Shown: piece by piece, positions 49,125 to 60,410 of the stretch
How the letters are laid out: each line of letters opens with the position of its first letter
Numbering within the stretch: position 1 is the first letter of the stretch
Assembly: GCF_025526975.1 (NCBI RefSeq)
Contig: NW_026515669.1
Span: forward strand, 1,178,001 to 1,242,000
Reading direction: 5' to 3'
Length of the DNA: 64,000 bases
Origin: Fimicolochytrium jonesii
Lineage: Eukaryota
Made by a program: the position numbers and the translations under genes
Notes under the pieces: model-generated
What the model was told of the DNA's origin: nothing
The model's database searches: none
Seen by the model: the letters and a program-made list of their open reading frames with translations, nothing else

Positions 49125-49477
49125 GCGTCGTCGTCGTCGGTCGCACCAGCGACGCGTCTGAACATCTCACCTTATTACCGGCGATGACGCTCGCCCCTTC
49201 CCCCTTCATGGGTGGGGGTGGGGAGTCTGGGGACGAACAGGGGGCGCCCGGTTGAGTCATGACCATCGGCACTGGGTGTTGCTGAGGGACTTCCCCCAAT
49301 TGCCAAGGCTTGCACATATAAACAGACCTGGGCGGAACACCATCCCCCCAACTGTACCATCGGAATCTTCCTCCCGCTCCATCACTTCCACTCATTACCG
49401 ACCACCCAGGGTCGTCACGCTTTACCGCCCCCTTCCTCATCTTCACTTTTCCTTAAACTCAAACTCATAACTCCGAG

Positions 49478-51433
49478 ATGAGGTTCGCCGCGTTGATCAC
49501 GTTGGCGACGGCCTCGCTCGTCACTGCTCTCCCGTCCAACTGGAAGCATCTGTTCCACAAGCAGTTCTCGTCTGGCTCCCAGCTCGCACTGGATCGCCCT
49601 GGCCAGGACACTGTGAATGCGTGGAACATCCATACCCTTGCGGAGTTTCCCAACTACACCCTTCGCGTGAAGGAGGAGGTTCGCCTTTGTGACCCTGACG
49701 TGAAGCAGGTATGGATTAGAGCTTGCGAATGGTGCATGACAGAGGTATTTGGGAGCTACAAAATATTGAATGGTTACCTCCCTCCTATTTCGCATTCTTA
49801 GTATGTCGGCTACGTTGACGTCGCTGGAAAGTCCGATGACAAGCACGTAAGTTCGCATGTCACTGTCAGTCACATCGCTTTCCCTTCTCTGGGCATCAAC
49901 TGACATCCTTTTTTGCTGTATCATCACAGTTCTTCTTCTGGTTCTTCGAGTCGCGTCGTGATCCTGCCAAGGATCCCTTTGTTTTGTGGTTGAACGGCGG
50001 TCCAGGATGCTCATCTATGACCGGTCTCTTCATGGAGCTTGGCCCATGCCGAGTGGATACTGGAGGCAATGGCACCACAAACAACCCCGATTCCTGGAAC
50101 AACGAGGCCAATTTGGTTTTCCTGGATCAACCGATCAATGTTGGCTTCTCTTACACGGATGGTGGAGACGAAGTGACCAACACGATTGATGCCGCCGACG
50201 ATGTAAGAAGTTCAATCTATTCTCATTCATCCTGTCCTTCATTTTGTCGAGCATCGTCATCAACGTTGATCTCATTCTTCGTCGATAGGTCTACGCTTTC
50301 CTCCAACTATTCCTGTCCAAGTACAACAAGTACAAGGACCTCGACTTCCACGTGACTGGTGAATCTTACGCTGGACACTACGTCCCGGCCATCGGCGCCA
50401 AGATCGCTGAGGAGAACGAGGGTTTAAAGGGCAAGGGCAAGAAAACTGAGAAATTGGAAATCAAGCTCAAAGGATTGGCTATCGGCAACGGTTTGACCGA
50501 CGTAAGTGGAAGGGGTGCCATTCTCCAAGACGTCCATTATCTGACCTAACAAGCATCTTGCGCTTCTATCCAGCCCTTGAACCAATACGAGGCGTACGCT
50601 GACATGGCCGCTGATGACAAATGTGAGCAAAAACTGTTCTTTCTTATTTCCCGCTGGATTCCTTCTTACCTTCTTTCTGTGATTTAGACGGCCCTATCTT
50701 GGACGAATCCGACATCGAAAGCATGCGTTCCAAATGGCCAACCTGCAAGTCCCTCATCAACTCGTGTTACAAGTACAACACCGCTCTTACTTGCGTTCCC
50801 GGAGCGATTTACTGCAACAACGCCATGATCCAGCCCTTCCAGAAGACTGGCCTCAACATCTACGACATTCGTCACAAGTGCGACCCCAGCAACCCTCTTT
50901 GCTACTCCATCCTTACGGACATTGAGTCCTACCTCAACCGGCCCGACATCCAGGAAATCCTTCAGGTCGACAGGCAATTCGAAGGATGCAAGCAGAACAT
51001 CAACATGCGTTTCATGATGGCTGGCGACTGGATGCGTCCTTTCGTCCGCGTGATCCCTCCTTTGCTCGCCAAGGGTATCAAGGTCCTGATCTACGCCGGT
51101 GATGCCGACTTCATTTGTAACTGGATCGGAAACAAGGATTGGGCTCTCGCGTTGGAGTGGGATGGCGCCGAGGAGTTCCAGAAGGCCAAGGACATTCCTT
51201 GGATTTCCAAGTCGTCTGGAAAGCAGGCTGGTGAGATCAGGACCCACGATGGTTTCACCTTCCTTCGCGTGTACGAGGCTGGTCACATGGTAAGCTCAAT
51301 ATGTTCAGTACATTTTTGGCGATTGTCTTCCCCGGCACTCACAGTCCTCTCTTCCGATGACCAGGTTCCCTACGACCAACCCAAGCACAGTAGCGAAATG
51401 ATCAACACCTTCATCAAGATCGCCAAGAAATGA
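49478..51433 (+). CDS. PRC1: Carboxypeptidase Y-like serine carboxypeptidase (family S10); multi-exon
   Basis: Signal peptide, [30 protein letters not shown], catalytic [29 protein letters not shown]. Confidence 0.95.
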
Positions 51434-52214
51434 AGGGTTGTAGTTGGTGGATAGGGACAATGTGTCGCAGAAGCCAAGTTACTCTGATTATACCGGTTTG
51501 TGTGTCGCACGAGGCACGAGCGGAGACCGCCCTGTCATGTAGTCTGGACTTCTTCGATCACGGGGAGGGGATTGTACGGCAGGACATTCTCCCATTGTCT
51601 TGTATTTGTGTTTCTGTATCAAGGTGTTTCATAGGTTTATCCCAAATCAGATTCCTTTACTTTCTTGCGTGTGAACCGAAGACCGCCAGACTGGATGGAC
51701 GGAAAGTGAAGAGAGCTCAACGCTTGTTGCAGGAGACATGAAACCGGTCGACGGCGCACTCAAGCGCCGGTAATCAGTGTCCTTTTGCATCCTTTCACCT
51801 ATCGCCCGTCCTGCTGGCTTGCTCTTGCAGCCCCTTTTGGAGGTACATACATCGGGACGTATTATCATTGTCTCATTGTCTGACGAGTTTGGTGAGCGTT
51901 CCGTATACAAAGAGGAGGACTTCCCCGGTCATCGCAAACTCCCGTTACCCAATCAAGTATATCTTACTTCTTGTTCGATTTGGATTGATCTCGAGTCTGC
52001 AGAGGCGTTTACGACGCGTATGATTCTTATGAGTTGTCTGACGCGTTCAAAACAACCGTCTGAGAGCCCAAGCTCCCATATATAAACGAGGCGGCCGTTC
52101 CTCACGTTCCTCAAACCTCCGACCCAGTCGACCCTCCAACGTTGAACGCATAGTCCGTTCATCCCAACCCCCCGTGATCCACATCCCCATTACCCACGCC
52201 ACAGCTCCCCAAAA

Positions 52215-52832
52215 ATGTCCTCAATGGACGCCCTCCTCCCCGCCCGCATCTCCCCGCGCATCACCATCCGCCATTTTCAACCCGGCGACGAACCGCGCCT
52301 CCTGCAAATCGCCAACAACCCCAACATCGCCCGCAACCTCACCACCATGTTCCCGCACCCCTACACACTCGCCGACGCCGAATTCTGGGTCGCTGCCAAC
52401 CGGCTCAAAACATCGCCGGAGGATACGGGGCCGGCTGTACCTCGCCAACGGCATTTCTCATACGCGGTTGAGATTGATGGGCAATTGGGTGGGGCTGGCG
52501 GGTTTACCCTCCTGGGCGATTACCGCGCCCGGACGGCAGAGATCGGGTACTGGCTCGGTGAAGAGTACTGGGGCCAAGGGATCGCGACGGCGGTGGCGGC
52601 GTGGGTGGTGGAGAGTGTGAGGGCGACGCAGGGGGACGTGGTGAGGGTGGAGGCGGCGGTGTTTGAGGGGAATGAAGGGTCGAGGAGGGTTTTGGAGAAG
52701 TGTGGGTTTGTGAGGGAGGGGATTCAAAGGGCGGCGGGGTATAGGAAGGAGAGGGGTGTGTTTGATGTGTGGATGATGGCGTTGGTGTGGGACGATCGGG
52801 TTGAGGCGGAGAGGACGGAGGCGAGAGAATAG
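52215..52832 (+). CDS. RimJ/RimL-type GNAT acetyltransferase, intronless
   Basis: ANNPNIARNL..MFPHPYTLADAEFW, TAEIGYWLGEEYWGQGIAT, VFEGNEGSRRVLEKCGFVREG. Confidence 0.9.
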   Translation: MSSMDALLPARISPRITIRHFQPGDEPRLLQIANNPNIARNLTTMFPHPYTLADAEFWVAANRLKTSPEDTGPAVPRQRHFSYAVEIDGQLGGAGGFTLLGDYRARTAEIGYWLGEEYWGQGIATAVAAWVVESVRATQGDVVRVEAAVFEGNEGSRRVLEKCGFVREGIQRAAGYRKERGVFDVWMMALVWDDRVEAERTEARE

Positions 52833-53395
52833 GCGCTGCTTGCAAGCCGATGCTGGTAAATCACCGAGGGAGCCTTCTGCCTACGGCCGCCGACGTTCGC
52901 TTTCCACCAGAAACCCTCAACTAGATCATAGAACATCACGGCGTATGTACCGTAGACCCCGGTGGGATACACTCCCGGAGTGTATTATCATCAAAAAATG
53001 TAGGCTTCCATAGACAACTAATCAAGATATTTCCAGCAATACATCAGAAGAAAGGACGACCGGCCGTCGCCTGCAGGGATTTGATGACATATTGCTTATG
53101 GATGTGTGCATGCTTTGGACGGAGGAAGGGCTGCCCTCGGCAAAAATTCATACGACTGTCAGCCTGATATGCCGAGAACAAAGCGTGAGGCCAAAGGATA
53201 TAGCAGATGCAAGACATTCATTGTACCATGAGCGAGCATCTACAGTACATCAGAACAGACATGAGAGCTATGCAAAGAGGGCTATGGGAATGAGGATCTA
53301 CGCTGCAGGAATCTACATACAGAACTCTTCCAGCGCGAGATGGAACTACATACATAAAAGCAATGTCACATCCAAATCAGCACGTATCAACCATT

Positions 53396-56300
53396 TCAAG
53401 CCGTGGCCACACCCGACTCCTTAACCCAAGCAGCAACCTTCTGCCCATCCCTCTTAACCCAGGCGCTCTTGTCACGAACACTCTCAAGACCCTGGTCGAC
53501 AGGTCGCTTGATGGACTTAACCTCCTCGACGCGCTTCTCACGTGCCTTCTCGTCCTTCAGCTCCTTTCCAGCGATCCAGTCCTCGACAATCTGCGCGACG
53601 CCGTCACCAACTTGCGAGACGAAGCAGGCAACAAACATGTGGCCGAGGAGGGAGATGGTGGGCTTGTAGCGGGGGTAAAGGACCGCGTCCCACTTGGTGG
53701 TCGCGAATTGCCACAGCTTGGGGCGGACGGTGTGTGGGTTGGGGTTGTTGGAGGCGAGGTACCTGAGGGGTACGTAGGCCTCGTTGGAGCGGACGAGCTC
53801 GGTGTCGAGGAGGATCTCGTTCAGGAGACGGTCGACGAGCTTCTCGTCGCTGGTGGAGCCGAGGGCGCGGAGGGCGTAGAGGCGCTGGTCGGGCGCTTCG
53901 GCTTTCTTGTAGATGTTGAGGACGGATTCAAAGTCCTCGGCGGGCTGGGTGGAGTGGTATAGGACGATCTCGTACGCGATGCCGCGGATGTTTGGCGGGA
54001 GAGCAGACTCGTCACCACCAATGAAACGCTTGAAACGCTCTTGCAGGGCGGCAATTACACTGCAAGGGAAAAACGATTAGGATTCCCATTAATAGGGCAA
54101 TTTCTGGGAACAACCGTGAATACCCACTCTTTGTCTCCGGCACGAGCAGCGCTCTCAATGACGAGAGTCCTCTTCATGGCGGTCAAGTGATCCTCCTTGG
54201 CAGGGTAGTCCAGACCAAGAGTCTTGAATTTGGGAGCAAAGATGGCGCGCTTGATGGCCTTGAGACCCTTGACCACTTCTTCGGGTTCCTTGTACCAGGC
54301 CGCGAGGACGGAGTCAATGCGGGACGCAACTTCCTTGAGGACACTGGCAATGAGGGAGAGGTTGGAAATCTGTTCTTCGTTCGAACAGCGTGAGGAAGGC
54401 CAATCTCACATGTAATTGTCTTCGGCTTCGAAGCTCTTCAGAAGTTCCAACGCTCCAAGGGTGCTTCCTTGACCAGAGAGCGCAAGAGCAAAGGCATCAG
54501 ACAGGACACCCAACTTGTCCTCCGTGGTGAGAGCGTCGGGGGTTTTCTTGATGACAGCCCCGAGGTGGCGCAGCTGCTCCTCGTTCAGACGCACACGGTA
54601 GAAACCAGTGGTGTCGTAGTTAAGCTTCCAGAAAGCACCGTCCGCCTTGGAGTACGGGAAAGTGATGACAGCCTCCTTCTCGGCCAGGATGTGCTCGGTG
54701 GGTTTGCGGGAGCTCAAGTGGGTGGTGATCAACAACGGGATCCACCAAACGGTGCCTTCCTTGTCCTCAGCGGCAGAGAGATCGCCGGAAGACAAGAACC
54801 GGCTCTGCTTGAGCTTGAGGGTAACTTCGCCCTTGGCTTCGTCGAAGGACTCGCCTACAACGTGAACCAAGGGGTAGCCGACGTCGCGGGTCCATGGATG
54901 CATGAACGACGCGACATCGCGACCAGAGGCGGCATGAAGAGCCGCCCACAGGTCTCCAGTGGTGGCATTAGAAAGCTGGTGCTTCTTCAAGTAGTCACGA
55001 ATACCCTTCTTGAAGGTCTCGGTGGACAGGTAAGCGTTCAACATCCGGATGACCGAGGCACCCTTGCAGTAGGAGATGGCATCGAAGATGTTGGAAATCT
55101 CGGCAGGGCTGTTGACATCGACATCAATGGGGTGACTGCTTCGCAGAGCGTCGAGGGACTTGCCGGAGGCGTAGTCGTCAACCAAGAACTGAGTCCACAC
55201 CTTCCATTCTGGGAAGAGGTTGTCGGTGGCCATCCATCCGACGAAGGTGGCGAAACCCTCGTTCAACCACAACTCGGACCACCAGTCCATTGTGACCAGG
55301 TTTCCAAACCATTGGTGGGCAAGCTCGTGTCCAACGACGTAGGTGATTTGCTGCTTAGTTCCAGCGCTGGTCAACTTCTCGTCGTACAAAAGCAGGATCT
55401 CCCTGTAAGTGACCAGACCCCAGTTCTCCATAGCGCCAGCACTGAAGTCGGGGATGGCAATGAGGTCCATCTTGGGCAGTGGGTAAGCAATATCGAAGTA
55501 TTCCGAGAAGAACTCGAGGGTGCGTGCGCAAACTTCGAGGGCAAAGTGACCCTTGTGCTTGTGTCCGGGGAGGGTGTAGACACGGCATACCAGAGGCTTG
55601 GCGTCAGCAGGAGATTTGGGGGTAGCGGTAGCCTCAATGTACTCGAGATCGCCAACAGCGAAAGCGAGAAGCTGTGGAGTAGAGAAGATCAGGGCATTGC
55701 TCTGGACTGGTACCCATGTTCCGGCCTGAACTCACGTAAGTGCTCATGATAGGAGTAGTGGCGAAGTGAACGGCCTTCTTCTCCTTGCCGTTGATCTCCA
55801 CAATCTTCTCTTCCGTTTGGTTCATGTTCGAGAGCGCGGTCAAGTTCTTCTCGACATTCAAGATAACGTCAAAAGTGGCCTTGAGGTTGGGCTCATCCCA
55901 AGAAGGCAAAGCACGACGACAGTCCGTAGCCTCAAACTGGGAGACAACCATGTGCTTCTTCTCTCCGTTGTCCGCAGTGTAAGAAGAGCGGTAGAAACCG
56001 GCCATCTTGTCGTTATGGATACCAGTGTATTCGACGTGAAGAGTGGCGGTCGCTCCAGCCTCGATAGCAGTGGCGAATTCGAAGGTGACGGTCTCCGCCT
56101 TCTCATCAACGTTGATCTTGGTCGCCTTTTGCCTATTGTTTGAACGAAATGGTCAGAATTCAACGCGCCTGCTGTATGTACGAAATGGAACACCTAGGGC
56201 GTCCGCACATCGGCAAACTTACGTGTTCTCAGTCTTCATGTGAACAGAGGTCACGGAAGCAGACTTGAAAGTCAGCTCATTGGCATTGCAGACAATCTTG

Positions 56301-56723
56301 TCAATCTTCTCCTTGACATCGAGCCTATGTCCCGGTTAAAAGAGGTTCAAGGAGTCAGCGTTTGCGATGAGAACCGCACGAAGAGAAGCGACCATAGATC
56401 ATGTGGGACTTGAAGGAAGGAATTGCAACTCACGTAATGTCGACGACACCGGCAAACTCAAAGGAGACGAGGTCGGGGGTGATCTCGACCTTGTAGTGGG
56501 AAGGCTTGACGGTAGCGGGCAAGATCTCCCTCTCGCCTGTGTTTCCGCTGCCGGCACCGCCCGCGGTGTGGTTGTGCATACACATTGTGACTTCGGACGA
56601 TGAGCGAGGGTGAGCTGAAGATGGCTTGTCGTTGTTCGTGGCAGCGCCGGTGGTTGTTTTAGGACCCCTTGTGTTTTGTTGTGGGGCCGAAGTGGTGAAG
56701 CAAGCCGTCAGTCTCTTCAACAT
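53396..56723 (-). CDS. APE2: M1 family (puromycin-sensitive/Ape2-like) aminopeptidase; multi-exon; second start at 56585
   Basis: REILPATVKPSHY, MAGFYRSSY, SQFEATDCRRALPSWDEPNLKATF, GAMENWGLVTYRE, zinc motif HELAHQWFGNLVTMDWWSELWLNEGFA, FDAISYCKG, and ERAP1-like C-terminal domain. Confidence 0.95.
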
Positions 56724-57084
56724 CGTCGTGAGAGAGCGTTGTTTGGATCCACCCGTTTGCGATAGGCTTGTCCACGAAGGTCCATGGCGAGTTCTTATCC
56801 GGCGGAACTCCCACGCAATTGCCGAATTGAATTGAGCCGAACGCGCCCTTCTCATCAGACTCTCTAATGTTAATAATTAAGGAGCAGCGTGACTGATGAT
56901 GACCATCATCACGGCAGTCATCACGGTGAGACAAAGCCGCCCGCGCGTTATGGATCAATGCCCCCAATATGGCCGCATCCGTTCCCGTCCAGCTCAGAAA
57001 CTTTCCCCAACATTGTCATCCCAAACGATCTCCCAAGCACGGCGCTCATTCTTCTCATAAACCACCCGCAGCACCAACGCAACA

Positions 57085-58058
57085 ATGCCCGACTTTTTCG
57101 AATCCATGCAGCGTTCCTACGTCGACGTTCCCGTCGGTGCCAACGACTACATTGACGTGCAGGAGTTCTTGGAGGCCACCGAGTCGTTGACCAAGCTCTT
57201 TGGTACGTCAGTAGCAGCAGCATCTTGACGACGTGGGGAGGGATATGAGGAGGAACACTGTGAATGGCTATGGGGATAGTGGACCGTACTGTGCTTGAGA
57301 TGTGGGGAAGGAGGGCAGGGCAGTGTACGCAGAAGATGGGAATTCCATCTTGAATTGACGCGACGTTGTTTGGGCGGAAGCATGTCATTACTAGGCTGCA
57401 ACGTGCGATGTCTGTTCTCACCGACCCACCCTTTTCCTCCCTGCAGACTCTATGGGAGCTGCCTTTGGTCCCGTCAAGAGTGATCTCCTCGGCAATGTCG
57501 CCGTAAGCAAGAGCTCCTTCCTTACACAATAGGTTGTCCACACTCACCTCACCCGACCCATACAGAAACTCCGAACCCGGTACACCGAAAACCCCACCAA
57601 AAACAAGACCTTGCAAGAGCTCGTCATTACTGAGCGCGCCGAAGGAAAGAAGACGGCAACGGAGGGTCTGCTGTGGCTCAAGCGCGGGCTGGAGTTTACC
57701 TCCAAGGGTCTGAGGAGGAATCTGAACGACAAGAATGAGGAGTTGAACGTGTCTTTTACAAAGGCGTATGAGGAGACTTTGAGCAAGCACCATAGTTTCA
57801 TGGTCAGGCCTGTTTTTTCGGTGAGTTACGTGGATAAACCGACCGAGTTTCATTCAGCGGCATGACATCCAGCGGATCTTCCCTCACTTTCTACAGCTGG
57901 CAATGAAAGCCTGCCCATACCGCAAAGAATTCTACGCCAAACTGGGCTCCGACGAAGCGAAGGTGCAGGCCGAAGAGGAAAAGTGGTTGGCCGCATTAGA
58001 AAGGATTGTAGCTATTTTGAACGCTTTTTACAAGCAGGGCGGCTACGAGAAGTTGTAG
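57085..58058 (+). CDS. Glycolipid transfer protein (GLTP/HET-C2-like); 4 exons
   Basis: FLEATESLTKLFD.MG.AFGPVKSDLLGNV, TATEGLLWLKRGL, AYEETLSKHHSFMVRPVFSLAMKACPYRKEFY. Confidence 0.95.
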
Positions 58059-58354
58059 AGCGAACACTAAATTAGGAGAACATGCAGGCAGGCAGACATA
58101 AGCTTTGGACGAAGGTGAACTTATGGGATGAATAGATTGATAAGAAACATGAAAGACGTGGACCTCCTATTTCACACTTTGGCATATTGAAAACATGCAC
58201 GGAATACGCCGCCTATTTCGCCACATGCCCGGACTGATTTCCTTGCGGCTCAAACTACGCTCAAAATAATTGAAAGGTCATCCATTGATCACGCGATTTA
58301 GAACCGGGAGCCCCCATCGGCCAAAACTCGCTGCGTGATCTCGCCTCTCCCGCT

Positions 58355-59834
58355 TCACTCCTGAGGTAGCAAACTCAACGCGCCCGACGCTTCCAGCTCG
58401 TCCGCAATATCAGCAAGCTCGATCCGGGTGGCTTCCAAAACGGAGTAGTGGAGGAGTCGTTCCAGCGACTCCCTCGAGAGCATTTGTAGGGCTTGGTTTA
58501 GAGGTAGTTTGCGGGTTGGCTGGATTACCGGGTGTTAGTACCTGCTGACTTTCGGTGACGCAAATCGAAAACAGAGGCAGCAATATATACCGGTGGTATC
58601 ACCTCCAACTGCGAAGGATAGGCAGCCGGCGCCAGTTCCGCCACCGGAGCATCCTGCCTTTCCGCGTCGCCGTTATCGTGCCTAAAATCATCATCCAAAA
58701 TCCCTTTCTTTTCCTCATCTTGCCCCCCCTCTTCCTCATCCACCACCTCTTCCTGCACCGCCGCCTCCTTCGCTTTGGCGTTCGCCCCCTTCCTACTTTG
58801 CCCCTTTTTCGTGGTCGACGGCGCTTTATCGCCGTTGCCTTCGTCCGCTTCTTTATCCCTCGACTCCCCGCTTGATATCTTCTTCGTTGCTCGTTTGTTT
58901 GGCGGGACCAATGCCGCTGATGACGATGTCTGCTCTGGTGCCTTCCTCGTGTTGTCCGCATCGCTATTATTTTCATTCTCAGATGGCAGGGACGTGCTAG
59001 CTCCTCGCTTGGCGTTTCGTCGGGGCCCTGGTGTCGTTTTCTCTGCCTGCGCCGGCACTACATCACCATTGCTCTGTTTACTCCCATTAGACCGACTCGC
59101 TTTCGCCGCTATTGCAGAATTGGCAGGCTTTGCTCTCCTCTTCGGAGGGGCTTCGGAATGAGATACAGAGTCATTACTGCTATCGATGTTCTCTTCCTCG
59201 CTGTTAGGCGAGGGAGTCTGCGCGGCTCGTGTTTTCAATTTCTTTCGATGATGTGGTGGCCCATCTGTTGCCGTTTCCGCCTTTTTCTCAGATGGGAAAG
59301 TATCCACTGATGGTGACTTTCTCTTTACGCTAGATTTTAGTTTCGGTGCGGTGGTGGGAGGCGGCTCCGCTGAGGGTGTGCGGGCTTTTGTTGTTGAAGT
59401 GCCCTTTTTGGACGATGTGGTGCTTGTTGGTGGAGCTTCCGGGGATGCTTCGGTTGAGATGACGGGTTTGATTGCGATGGTTACTGCTGTTTCGCCTCCC
59501 CATGTTCTCTTCACTATTGGTGTCAGACCTGCGGCAGGAAACGCATACGCTGTTAGCCAACTTGGAGTCCATGGCCTAAAGTGGCCGACGGGGCTACGAA
59601 CTGTATGGCGATCCGTCGACGGCCGTCAACTGCGGCACCAGACACAGGAGCCCACATACCTTGAGCAGCGAACGATCGCCTCGTCTTCAGGATTGTCGAC
59701 GGCGTGGACGCGTTCGTTCCCGAGTCCTTACCCGCCTGCCCGACCAAGTTCGAGCCCTTCGCCGGCGTGCTCTTCGGAGTGGCACCGTTGCTGCTGCCCG
59801 TCCCGTTGCCTGAGGTGCCTGTTGTAGTGCCCAT
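58355..59834 (-). CDS. Uncharacterised, largely disordered basic/acidic protein with a short helical C-terminal domain; 3 exons
   Basis: ATG 59834; intron GTATGT...CAG; a 329-codon exon with NLS-like HHRKKLK/PKRR; an intron with a perfect TACTAAC branch point; final exon LPLNQALQMLSRESLERLLHYSVLEATRIEL...PQE*. Confidence 0.7.
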
Positions 59835-59934
59835 GGTGCGGTGATGACTGTGTCGGAAGTGTGCAAACGTCGTGTGAAGGTTGCCACTTGTGGAGATTGA
59901 TTCGAGCTGGCTCTCACCAACGTCACGACAGCTC

Positions 59935-59944
59935 GTCACGTGAC
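59935..59944. promoter_or_regulatory. Perfect palindromic E-box GTCACGTGAC (Cbf1/USF/TFEB-type bHLH site)
   Basis: 10-bp palindrome 100 bp upstream of ATG 59834, preceded by a related CGTCACGAC at 59921. Confidence 0.4.
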
Positions 59945-60410
59945 AAGGCCTGCTTTTATTCTCTCCGCAGGATTGACAGCCCCTCAAACGTCAATGCGCA
60001 GCGCCGACCCCATCACAGTGTGTCACCCTGGCCTGGACGCGTTTCGCTCCCTTTTCCATGTGTGATGAGTTTTCAACCGTGAATCATATGCGTGTGAAAT
60101 TAATTATCCTTTCATGGCTTACTTGAACACCACATAACTGGAAAGCCTCTGTTGCCAGCCGTCTGCCCGACGACGACGGACAGCTGCGTGCATGTGCAGC
60201 CATTGCGTTATTATATCGTACTGTCTATCGTATATCGGACTGAGGTGGCTTTAGTTAGTGTGTACTGTACATACTATCCGCGGCGAACGAAAAGGTTTTC
60301 GTTTTGTCGTTGTAGAAGCCTCCCGACATTGGGCGCCTGCTTTGCTTTTCGTTTTCTTGCCCCACCGTGTGAGCACTTTGGGTCCCTTGGTAAAGGGTTC
60401 AAAGAGCAGC

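Noticed and set aside
54469..55749. 426-aa + strand ORF (also 7876-8604, 35553-36131, 45693-46652, 50684-51286, 56948-57853)
   Set aside because: These are antisense shadows of well-supported genes, kept open by strong codon bias, with no recognisable motifs.
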